This document shows positions 8,901 to 16,359 of a stretch of 46,468 nt of DNA, one piece after another. Under the pieces are notes generated by a model that had not been told where the DNA came from, did no database searches, and was given only the letters and a program-made list of their open reading frames with translations. The stretch comes from an uncultured Eubacteriales bacterium (GTDB lineage: Bacteria > Bacillota > Clostridia > Oscillospirales > Oscillospiraceae), in contig UQXG01000001.1 in the NCBI GenBank assembly GCA_900544945.1, positions 1-46,468 of the forward strand, given 5' to 3'. The translations under genes were made by a program, and so were the position numbers. The stretch's first letter is position 1. Each line of letters begins with the position of its first letter.

Positions 8901-10285
8901 GCACCGTAAGCATGACAATCGGGGAAGACAGCACCGTTTCCGGGCAGGATGGCTTGTACCAGGTGGCCGGAACCTATGACAAGAAAACGGGAGAGGTATC
9001 TCTGAAAGTCACCACCGTGAACGGCGGCGACCTGCCCGCGAAAACCAAGCTGACCTTTGTCTTCGGCTGCCGGACGGCCTACACGGATAATAATACCCAT
9101 ACCTTTACCAATAAGGTGGACGTAGCGGGAATCGGCAGTACCTCCCAGACCCAGGAGTGGACCTATGACAACCAGGATACGGAAACGACGGATTTAGGCA
9201 AAATCGGCACATGGCATAACGACAGCCGGATGCTGAGCTACTCGGTTTCCATCAATCCCGAATGCAAGAAGCTGTCTCCCGACAGTACCGGAAAGCTGAC
9301 CCTGGTGGATACCCTGTCCTACGTTAAGAATGTTAATGGATGGATATCAGACGAAAAAGGGAAGTGGTTGGAAAACCGTCAGTTTACCATGGATGTGTCC
9401 CTGGTGCAGAATTCTGTAAAGCTGTACCAGGTGACTAAAAATGAGGACGGTACCACAACCGAAACGCCGCTTTCGGTTCCCTGGACCTTTGAAGAGTGGC
9501 TGGGCATCAACGAATGGGATTCGAACAGAAAGTGCATTCTGCACATGTCCGATGTGCCGGACGGAACCCATCTGCGGCTGGAGTACAAGTACCAGGTGGA
9601 AACCAATGCACCGAAAAACGGCATTATCGAAGACCTTTCCATTACAAACAAGGTTGCGCTGGAAGGAACGGGCTACGAAACGGCTGCCGACAAATTCGAA
9701 AGCAAGTGGAAGGAAACCGAAACCAGCGGTCAGGTAACTTCCGGCAGAACCCTGTTAATCTACAAGGTGGCCAGAGGGGACTACGGCACCGTTCTGCCGG
9801 GCGCAGAATTTACCGTGTACACGGTGGATACCTCCGTAACGCCCTATGCCTTCACGGAGTACACCACTCGGCCGGACGGCTCGGCGTTCCCCAATCCCAT
9901 GGTCACCGATGACGCTGGTCGTCTGACCATCCGGATTCAGGACAAGGCGGACGCACCGGTGAACTTCGCCTACGATACCCTCTATGCCCTGAAGGAGACC
10001 AAAGCACCGGCAGGCTACCGGCTTCCGGATACCCCTCAGGTGTTCTACTTCTACTTCTCCAATCCTGAGGGCGCGGCGCGCACCCTTCCCCAAAATCTGC
10101 CGACAGGGGCAATGGACTTGTCCCAGACGGATCAGCAGAAGTTTGTGGAAAACGAACCGGTACCCACATATGAGCTGCCGAAAACCGGCGGCGGCACCCG
10201 GGGCTTCACCCTGGGCGGCGCGCTGGTCACCGTCGGCGGGCTGTATCTTCTGACGCGGAAGAAACGCAGAAGGAGGGACGCCTGA
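5963..10285 (+). CDS. Large LPXTG pilus tip adhesin with N-terminal Cys/His repeats and multiple Ig-like/isopeptide domains
   Basis: Signal peptide, six C..HxHxxxC repeats, Thr-rich beta domains, SpaA-type E-box YALKETKAPAGY, LPKTG plus TM and RKKRRRR tail. Confidence 0.88.
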   Translation: MDINLDRRAEGYRARHRRNRIWKKLVTALGCLVVFCTTYALILPAITMERETVCGLSEHVHTDSCYSRQRGALVCALAESEGHTHTDACKGTKRVLSCTTPESDGHTHGEGCYDAEGVLTCTLPETQGHHHSDSCYRTEEVFVCGKAESVPHHHTDECYAWETLATCGIQEHTHTDSCYPAKPAETTSAGETGATTEPVLSEQVITPEETLQVTATEETLPVQEEALALFAEGTEPLPNVEITATSTPKASYDPSVNKFKTTIHVDFRIPGSAFNNTTTYTYDYPEGIEIPTDLLGTVRDLNDNRGTYRFDKVGDVYRLSVILSNVNPTQNDVTGFVDFSGTLDATKVDGEGRIVLGSGDNLLIIDSDKIDYPKGETEKYDISASKRTDGNIDNGKLTYQVTISTKKGTPSTIQFTDTIKADGMTLGKPVVKVDGQEHPANWTWDDGTKTGTITMDNLPGLNKGQTHTIEYTYDVTNYPAAEMKPENTLSVKARDEGRKQEVTDEKNVSTKIDKRHTAAKVGKLEGSRIKWTITLNNNRSDITGAILTDDMLSAGKDITVSPDSGYTLENGKITFNEVDGKKNNQRYTITYYTDAPEDENVKEVINKASFDPDPDTPGDEIEREAKVGVGIDAAKSGTYNASQGTITWVITVNAKNRNIAEAVLTDDMLAKAQENSIQVSPASGYVLNKDADGKVSITFQPVDGEVNTNTYTVTYTTAASPALAARTVSNTAHLKKGDHEEEVTAQVTIDSGGSVEKSSGTLTLSEDKTTGVLPWTVTIHVPAGGIPANTQLVDRMDEDSGVYMTNLQVKAAVEAFCKALDIQTQDVKVDIQDHAYWKEGEYDYSKIDSYTDAKFRKLTLTLLKDWLPASGQAQDISVTYDTTLRIDPAKTTQVYSNYFKAGEKEGSAQFEYWRSGVEKTDDDGKTGTSTVTSQGDLIWKVIVTLDDTVRQSLDITDALPSGVTLKALVLIRPTDQGNNSTVSMTIGEDSTVSGQDGLYQVAGTYDKKTGEVSLKVTTVNGGDLPAKTKLTFVFGCRTAYTDNNTHTFTNKVDVAGIGSTSQTQEWTYDNQDTETTDLGKIGTWHNDSRMLSYSVSINPECKKLSPDSTGKLTLVDTLSYVKNVNGWISDEKGKWLENRQFTMDVSLVQNSVKLYQVTKNEDGTTTETPLSVPWTFEEWLGINEWDSNRKCILHMSDVPDGTHLRLEYKYQVETNAPKNGIIEDLSITNKVALEGTGYETAADKFESKWKETETSGQVTSGRTLLIYKVARGDYGTVLPGAEFTVYTVDTSVTPYAFTEYTTRPDGSAFPNPMVTDDAGRLTIRIQDKADAPVNFAYDTLYALKETKAPAGYRLPDTPQVFYFYFSNPEGAARTLPQNLPTGAMDLSQTDQQKFVENEPVPTYELPKTGGGTRGFTLGGALVTVGGLYLLTRKKRRRRDA

Positions 10286-10343
10286 GCACAATGAATTCCG
10301 CAACCCCAATTCTGAAACAACCGGAAAAGAAAGGAATGTCACT

Positions 10344-11885
10344 ATGAACAAGCTTAGAAAACTGACCTGCCTGCTGCTGGCGCTGATGATGGTCTTTGCC
10401 ATGACCGCCACAGCCTCCGCTGCCGACACGACTTACACCATCACCATAACAAATGCGCAAACCGGCCACACCTATGAGGCGTATCAGGTTTTTGCAGGCG
10501 ATCTGGCCGAAAAAAATGGAGACAAAATCCTGTCCAACATCGTCTGGGGCAGTGGCGTGACAGAAGCGGGCAAAACCGCATTAGGCGATGCGGCCGATAA
10601 GGCGGCGAGCCTGAAGACCGAGACGGATGCCAAGGCTTTTGCGAAGGAAGTTGCTCAGTATTTGCAGAACCCGACCGTGAGCACTGCGGGAACCGGCAGC
10701 TACAGCATCTCCGGACTTTCCGCCGGCTACTATCTGGTCAAGGATAAGGATAACACACTGAGCGATCAGGACGATTTCTACACCGCTTATATCATGGAGG
10801 TGGTCGGCGACGTGAATGCCGCGCCGAAGGGCGATAAGCCGACTCTCGACAAGCAGATTAAGCACAACGACGATGGCTCTTGGGGAGTTGTGGGCGATAA
10901 CCAGATCGGAGATACCGTGGAGTTCCGTACCATCTCCACCGTGCCTGATACCGCCGGCTATGAAACGTATACCTACTGGATTTGCGATACCATGTCCGCT
11001 GGCCTGACCTCCAACGTTAAGAGTGCTGCTGACGTGACCATCAAGGTCAATGACCAGGGGACTCGGCTAAGTGAAGCGTACTACACTGTGAACGCCACCG
11101 GCAACACCTTCACCATTGATGTTGATATCCTGAAAGCTGTGGCGGATAACGTGATTACGAAAAACGATAAGCTGTATGCTTACTACACTGGCGTGTTGAA
11201 TGAGAATGCCAAGGTCTATGACGATGGCAAACAGGACAACGCTGCCCATTTGGAGTACAGCAACAATCCCAACGACAATGGCAAAGGCAAGTCCCCGGAC
11301 AAAAAGGTCTACGACTGGACCTTTAAGATGGGCATCAACAAGGTGGACAAGAGCAACACCGCTCTGACCGGCGCAAAGTTCGTACTGTCCAAGTCTGGCA
11401 CAATCAAGGTTACGGATCTTGCGTGCGATGATAACGGTGTACCGACCGTTACCACAGGTTTGATTGGTCTGGTGAAGACTGTCGATGGTGCATACCGCAT
11501 TGCATTGACGAGTGATACGGACATCGTCTACGCCATCGATGCCGGAAATCCCGTCATCAAAGGCCTGGACGATAGTGTGAACTACTACCTCTATGAGACG
11601 AAATCGCCTGCAGGCTACAACCTGCTGAGCGAACCGGTTTCCTTCAGAATCGCGGCGGAGTATAACACTGACGGAAGTGCGTTGAGTGCTGACAAGCCCA
11701 CGGTTACGATTGGCAACGGAGAACCTTCCACGACTCTGTCTACCGATGTGGTCAACCAGTCCGGCGCAGAGCTTCCCTCTACCGGCGGCATGGGCACCAC
11801 CCTCTTCTATGTCCTGGGCGGCGTGCTGGTGCTGGCGGCGGTGGTGCTGCTCGTCACCAAGAAGCGGATGCGTTCCGAGAACTAA
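10344..11885 (+). CDS. Major (backbone) pilin, SpaH/EbpB-like with D2 isopeptide domain
   Basis: Signal peptide, VNAAPKG pilin-motif Lys, IGDTVEF D2 domain, E-box YYLYETKSPAGY, LPSTGG plus TM and KKR. Confidence 0.92.
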   Translation: MNKLRKLTCLLLALMMVFAMTATASAADTTYTITITNAQTGHTYEAYQVFAGDLAEKNGDKILSNIVWGSGVTEAGKTALGDAADKAASLKTETDAKAFAKEVAQYLQNPTVSTAGTGSYSISGLSAGYYLVKDKDNTLSDQDDFYTAYIMEVVGDVNAAPKGDKPTLDKQIKHNDDGSWGVVGDNQIGDTVEFRTISTVPDTAGYETYTYWICDTMSAGLTSNVKSAADVTIKVNDQGTRLSEAYYTVNATGNTFTIDVDILKAVADNVITKNDKLYAYYTGVLNENAKVYDDGKQDNAAHLEYSNNPNDNGKGKSPDKKVYDWTFKMGINKVDKSNTALTGAKFVLSKSGTIKVTDLACDDNGVPTVTTGLIGLVKTVDGAYRIALTSDTDIVYAIDAGNPVIKGLDDSVNYYLYETKSPAGYNLLSEPVSFRIAAEYNTDGSALSADKPTVTIGNGEPSTTLSTDVVNQSGAELPSTGGMGTTLFYVLGGVLVLAAVVLLVTKKRMRSEN

Positions 11886-11926
11886 GAAACTTTCCGGATA
11901 GACCGATTTCTAGCCTACAGAAATGC

Positions 11927-11957
11927 CCGGAATCTCGGAGATAATCCGAGATTCCGG
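11927..11957 (+). terminator. 13-bp perfect stem-loop after the major pilin (attenuator or mRNA stabiliser)
   Basis: CCGGAATCTCGGA-gataa-TCCGAGATTCCGG. No U-tract follows. Confidence 0.55.
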
Positions 11958-12201
11958 CAAAACCGCCCATTGCAATCCGAAAGATTCTGACGCACTTCCG
12001 GCGGTGCGGCCGGGGGGTACTTAGGGAGCGGCTTTTCGGCAGCGCCCCCTAAGCCGGCTTCTTATCAATTTTCTTGCTGGGACAAGAAAATTGCCTCCGG
12101 AGGAACCAGAGCCAAAATGTTTTTTGAGAGAACGGATTGCCGCGCCGGTGTGAGCACTGGCATAGTATTTTGATAGATTCGACAGCAGCAAGGAGAGCCC
12201 T

Positions 12202-13020
12202 ATGCGCAAACATGCCTCGACAATGATTCTGATTCTTATATTGGTCGTAGGGCTGTCCCTGATGCTGTACCCTTCCTTCTCCAACTGGTGGAATGAGGCC
12301 CATCAATCCCGTGCCATCGCCGCTTATTCCCAGGAGGTTTCCAAGCTGGACGAAAACCGCTATGACGAGCTCTGGCAGCAGGCCCGGGAGTATAACCGCT
12401 CCCTGGTAGGCAGGGAAAACGCCTATCTTCTGGACGACAGTCAGAAGGCGGAATATGAGCGGCTGCTGGATGTGTCCGGCATGGGAATTATGGGGTATAT
12501 TGAAATTCCCAGCCTGAAGGTGTCCCTGCCCATTTACCACGGCACCGAGGAATCGGTATTGCAGGTGGCAGTGGGGCATTTGGAGTGGACAAGCCTGCCC
12601 GTGGGCGGGGAGAGCACTCACTGCGTCCTGTCCGGTCACCGAGGCTTGCCCAGTGCCAAGCTCTTTACCGACCTGGATCGGCTGGTGGTAGGAGATCGGT
12701 TCCGGCTGGGTGTGCTGGATCAGGTGCTGACCTACGAGGTTGACCAGATTCTCATTGTGGAGCCTCAGGACACCGAAGCCCTGCTCATCGAGGAGGGGAA
12801 AGACTTATGCACCCTGGTAACCTGCACCCCTTACGGCATCAATACCCACCGACTTCTGGTGCGAGGCCACCGGGTGGAGACGGAAAAAGACGCGAAAAAT
12901 GTCCGGGTGACCTCGGACGCCATTCAGATTGAGCCTTATCTGGTGGCGCCGGTGGTGGCTGCCCCCATTTTGCTGGTGCTGCTTCTGGGACTTCTGATTC
13001 CCAGGCGGCGAAAGAAATAA
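12202..13020 (+). CDS. srtC: Class C (pilin-polymerising) sortase
   Basis: LPIYHGT, GHLEWTSLPVGG, SGHRGLP, TLVTCTPYGINTHRLLVRG, with N- and C-terminal TM helices. Confidence 0.95.
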   Translation: MRKHASTMILILILVVGLSLMLYPSFSNWWNEAHQSRAIAAYSQEVSKLDENRYDELWQQAREYNRSLVGRENAYLLDDSQKAEYERLLDVSGMGIMGYIEIPSLKVSLPIYHGTEESVLQVAVGHLEWTSLPVGGESTHCVLSGHRGLPSAKLFTDLDRLVVGDRFRLGVLDQVLTYEVDQILIVEPQDTEALLIEEGKDLCTLVTCTPYGINTHRLLVRGHRVETEKDAKNVRVTSDAIQIEPYLVAPVVAAPILLVLLLGLLIPRRRKK

Positions 13021-13190
13021 TACTATTTCTTAATAAAATGATTTCATCATTTTATTTTGCCGTTTCACGGCAGACCGCCTGGGCGGCGGTAAGAAATGTA
13101 TTGACTTCGTTTTTTAGCGGCAGTGGCCGCTGGCCGCAATCCTGCGGCCTAATAAAACGCTTTTAAGCGTTTTATTAAAAACTCGTATAA
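13018..13190. mobile_element. MITE-like repeat family A, copy 1
   Basis: Near-identical to 43926-44092. Terminal IR ATACTATTTCTTAATAAAA vs ATACGAGTTTTTAATAAAA (16/19). Core TAC...GTA is flanked by TAA/TAA. Confidence 0.8.
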
Positions 13191-13222
13191 GCGACGGATC
13201 CTGGAATAAAGTGGTGATAAGT

Positions 13223-14173
13223 ATGAAGCAAATTCATAGATGGCTGGCGTGGCTGATGTGTCTTGTGACCCTTGTGGGCACGCTGGCTCTGCCTGTCGGT
13301 GCCCAGTCGGCGCCGGATCTGACAAAGCCGGTTTCTCTGACCGTTCATCATGTGTACAACCCCAGCGGCGAGAATATTCCCCTTGCCGGAGTGGAATTCT
13401 CCCTGTACCTGGTGGCGAAAATGGGGCAGGGGGGCGCTCTGACGGCAGAGCCTGCCTTTTCCCGTTATGTCACCGGCGGCAGCCAGGCGGATTGGGAGAA
13501 AACCCTGAATAGACTGATTAGCGATTTCCCGGCAGGTGTCACGCCTGTGGACAAGGCAAAAACCGATAAAAACGGAGACGCGGTATTCCCCTCCGAGGGA
13601 AAAACCCTGGTTCCCGGCCTTTACTATGTTCGCGACACCAAAACCGTAAAAAATGGCTGGATTTACACCACCAGTCCTTTCCTGGTGAGTCTTCCGAATT
13701 ACTTCGACGGCCAGTGGGTCTATGCCCAGCAGGTCAATGCCAAGTCCCGCCGGGAGGCTGACATCACAGACATTGAGGTGGTCAAGGTCTGGAAAGACTC
13801 CTGCCATCCCAAACGCCGTCCGGAAGAAATCACGGTGACGCTGCTGTGCGACGGCGAAATTGCCGACCTGGACGACGCGGTGGTGACGCTGTCCAAGAGC
13901 AACAACTGGAAATATACATGGAGAGATTTGGACGCCACCTGCGAGTGGACGGTGACAGAGGAGAGGGTGAAGGGCTACAACAACCCAAAGGTGAAGAAGG
14001 ATGGAAACATCATCACGGTGACCAACACCTGCAACCGTCCCGACCATCCTAGGGGCGGCAAGCTGCCCCAGACCGGTCAGCTCTGGTGGCCGGTTCCGGT
14101 GCTGCTGCTGGCGGGACTGGTGCTGGTGATTGTGGGTCTTCTGCGCCGGAAAGAGGATAACTATGAGGCGTAA
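13223..14173 (+). CDS. Minor/basal pilin with Cna B-type domain
   Basis: Signal peptide, PGLYYV, VVKVWKD..RPEEITVTLL..WKYTW CnaB pattern, LPQTG plus TM and RRK. Confidence 0.88.
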   Translation: MKQIHRWLAWLMCLVTLVGTLALPVGAQSAPDLTKPVSLTVHHVYNPSGENIPLAGVEFSLYLVAKMGQGGALTAEPAFSRYVTGGSQADWEKTLNRLISDFPAGVTPVDKAKTDKNGDAVFPSEGKTLVPGLYYVRDTKTVKNGWIYTTSPFLVSLPNYFDGQWVYAQQVNAKSRREADITDIEVVKVWKDSCHPKRRPEEITVTLLCDGEIADLDDAVVTLSKSNNWKYTWRDLDATCEWTVTEERVKGYNNPKVKKDGNIITVTNTCNRPDHPRGGKLPQTGQLWWPVPVLLLAGLVLVIVGLLRRKEDNYEA

Positions 14174-14810
14174 GGGAACCCTGACCATAACCCTGGGGCT
14201 GCTTCTGATTCTGGCGGCGGCCGTCTTGGCAGGTTTTAACCTCTGGGACGACCGGCAGGCGGGGCTAACCGCTTCCCAGGACTTGATTCAGCTTGTCCGG
14301 CAGAGTGAGCAAGCGCAGGAAACCAATCCGGAGGGGGAAGGGGAGACCCTTCCTTCTTTCACCCGACCGGATTATGAGCTGGTGCCGGAGATGGAAATGC
14401 CGGTGGTGGAGATCGACGGTCGGGAATATGTGGGCACTTTGTATCTTCCCACCATCGGCAGAACTCTTCCGGTGCTGAACGGCTGGAGCGGGGAGCTGCT
14501 GAAAATCGCCCCCTGCCGATATCTGGGCTCTGCCTATAACGACAATCTGATTGTGATGGCGCACAATTACGATTCCCACTTCGGCCGACTGAAAAAGCTT
14601 CAGATCGGCGATCCCGTCACCTTCCGGGACGTGGAGGACAATGATTTTGAATACGAAGTGGTTTCCCTGGAAATCCTGAATCCGGAGGACGTGGAGCCTA
14701 TGGAGGAAGGGGACTGGGATCTGACGCTGTTTACCTGTACGATTGGCGGAAAGACCCGGATAACGGTGCGCTGTGCAAGAATATCGGCTGATAATTTCAT
14801 TAACAATTGA
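14163..14810 (+). CDS. Second sortase (class D-like)
   Basis: N-terminal TM, AHNYDSHFGRL (His) and LTLFTCTIGGKTR (Cys, Arg). No C-terminal TM. ATG overlaps the end of the upstream gene. Confidence 0.9.
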   Translation: MRRKGTLTITLGLLLILAAAVLAGFNLWDDRQAGLTASQDLIQLVRQSEQAQETNPEGEGETLPSFTRPDYELVPEMEMPVVEIDGREYVGTLYLPTIGRTLPVLNGWSGELLKIAPCRYLGSAYNDNLIVMAHNYDSHFGRLKKLQIGDPVTFRDVEDNDFEYEVVSLEILNPEDVEPMEEGDWDLTLFTCTIGGKTRITVRCARISADNFINN

Positions 14811-14901
14811 CCACTTTTGTGCAATGTAGTAGGAAAGTGCGTAACGTAGCTGTGCGTTTTTTAACAAATTACCGAAATCCAGGGGGTTTCCCTGTTTTTG
14901 T

Positions 14902-14930
14902 TTGCATTTGTTAAATTTCTGTGCTACAAT
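14902..14930 (+). promoter_or_regulatory. sigmaA-type promoter for DUF3798 ABC operon
   Basis: TTGCAT-17 nt-TACAAT with extended TG. A TTACATCAG/CTGATGTAA stem lies in the 5' UTR. Confidence 0.65.
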
Positions 14931-14996
14931 AACCAAGAAATCCTTACATCAGGGACTTGCGTAGCTGATGTAAAGACATTATAAGGAGGAAATAGC

Positions 14997-16208
14997 ATGA
15001 AAAAGATGATTAGCCTGGTGCTGGTCGTTGTCATGGTGCTGGGCATGACTGCCTGCGGCGCCAAGACCGAGACCCCCACTACCGCTGCCCCTGCCGCTAC
15101 CGAAGGCACCGTCGCCGAGGCCGCCGCTACCGCTGCTGCTTCCGGCAATGACAACTGGAAGATTGCCATTCTCACCGGCACCGTTTCTCAGGGCGAGGAA
15201 GAGTTCCGGGCCGCCGAGAAGGCTCTGGCCACCTATGGTCCCGAGCACATTGTGACCGCTACTTATCCTGACAACTTTATGTCCGAGATGGAGACCACCG
15301 TTTCCCAGATCGTCTCCTTCGCTTCCGATCCCGACGTGAAGGCCATCGTGATGTGCCAGGCTGTCCCCGGCGCTAAGGCCGGCTTCGACAAGGTTCGTGA
15401 AATGGGCCGTGACGACATCCTGCTGATCGCCGGCACTCCCCAGGAGGATCCCGCCGTTATCTCCGCTGCCTCTGATATCATTATGTACTCCAACGAAGTC
15501 GCTCAGGGCGACACCATCATGGAGACCTGCGAGAAGTGGGGCATCGATGTGTTCATTCACTATTCCTTCCCCCGTCACATGGCTATGGAGCTGATCGTTG
15601 GCCGTCACAACCTGCTCAAGCAGAACGCTGACGCTCTGGGCATCGAGATGGTTGACGTCACCGCTCCCGACCCCACTGCTGAGGCCGGCCTGTCCGCCTC
15701 CCAGCAGTTCATCCTGGAGGATGTTCCCCAGCAGCTGGCCAAGTACGAGGGCAAGAAGGTTGCCTTCTTCACCACCAACTGTGGTATGCAGCCCTCTCTG
15801 CAGGCTGCCTGCCTGGATCAGCCCAACGCTTACTATCCCTCTCCCTGCTGCCCCAGCCCCTACCACGCATTCCCCGCTACCCTGGGTCTGGAGCTGGCCA
15901 TCGGCGGTGACGACCAGGAGGCTCTGCATCAGATCGCTCTGAAGCTGAAGGAGCACAACGCGGTTGACCGCTACTCCACCTGGGCTTCTCCCGTTGCCAT
16001 GACCATCATCGCCGTGGGCGTTGAGTATGCCAAGCAGTACGCTGAGGGCACCATCACCAGCAAGAACGATTCCGACGCGCTGAAGGCTCTGCTGAACGAG
16101 AAGGTCGAAGGCGCGAAGATCGACTTCTACACCAACGACGAAGGCACCACCTTCGACAACTACTACACCATCCTGCTGGCTCCTGTTGATTTTAACGATT
16201 ACCTGTAA
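14997..16208 (+). CDS. DUF3798-family lipoprotein, ABC substrate-binding protein
   Basis: Lipobox MTAC, Ala/Thr linker, TGTVSQGEEE, YPDNFMSEMET, HYSFPRHM and QQFILED. Confidence 0.85.
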   Translation: MKKMISLVLVVVMVLGMTACGAKTETPTTAAPAATEGTVAEAAATAAASGNDNWKIAILTGTVSQGEEEFRAAEKALATYGPEHIVTATYPDNFMSEMETTVSQIVSFASDPDVKAIVMCQAVPGAKAGFDKVREMGRDDILLIAGTPQEDPAVISAASDIIMYSNEVAQGDTIMETCEKWGIDVFIHYSFPRHMAMELIVGRHNLLKQNADALGIEMVDVTAPDPTAEAGLSASQQFILEDVPQQLAKYEGKKVAFFTTNCGMQPSLQAACLDQPNAYYPSPCCPSPYHAFPATLGLELAIGGDDQEALHQIALKLKEHNAVDRYSTWASPVAMTIIAVGVEYAKQYAEGTITSKNDSDALKALLNEKVEGAKIDFYTNDEGTTFDNYYTILLAPVDFNDYL

Positions 16209-16359
16209 TCGTATTTCAGGCGCTCCCTCAAGTTCACTGAGGGAATGCGCCCCATGGGCGCAAACGCCTCAGTAACAACAAAATGCAAGTCCAAATAACG
16301 GGTCCACCCGATTTATTCGGGCGGACCCGTCTAACCGTATACAAGGAGGAACACAAAGA

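Noticed and set aside
7028..9100. 690-aa minus-strand ORF (also 4895-6424, 13175-14188, 17806-19908, 19784-21028, 30218-31651, 42533-43744, 44051-45814)
   Set aside because: These are antisense shadows of well-supported genes in a high-GC3 genome, with no motifs or SD.
11000..11760. Mosaic or recombined central segment of the major pilin (more A/T-ending codons)
   Set aside because: Visual impression only. It needs a codon or GC3 scan and strain alignments.
11958..12060. c-di-GMP-I riboswitch upstream of srtC (GGCAAA, GAAA loop and GACGCA fragments)
   Set aside because: The order and spacing do not fit the GEMM consensus and the GCAAAG/P2 elements are missing. Kept only as an unnamed structure.
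14850..14925. Rex operator upstream of the DUF3798 operon
   Set aside because: TTAACAA and TTGTTAA half-sites exist but are not arranged as an 18-bp TTGTTAA-N4-TTAACAA site.
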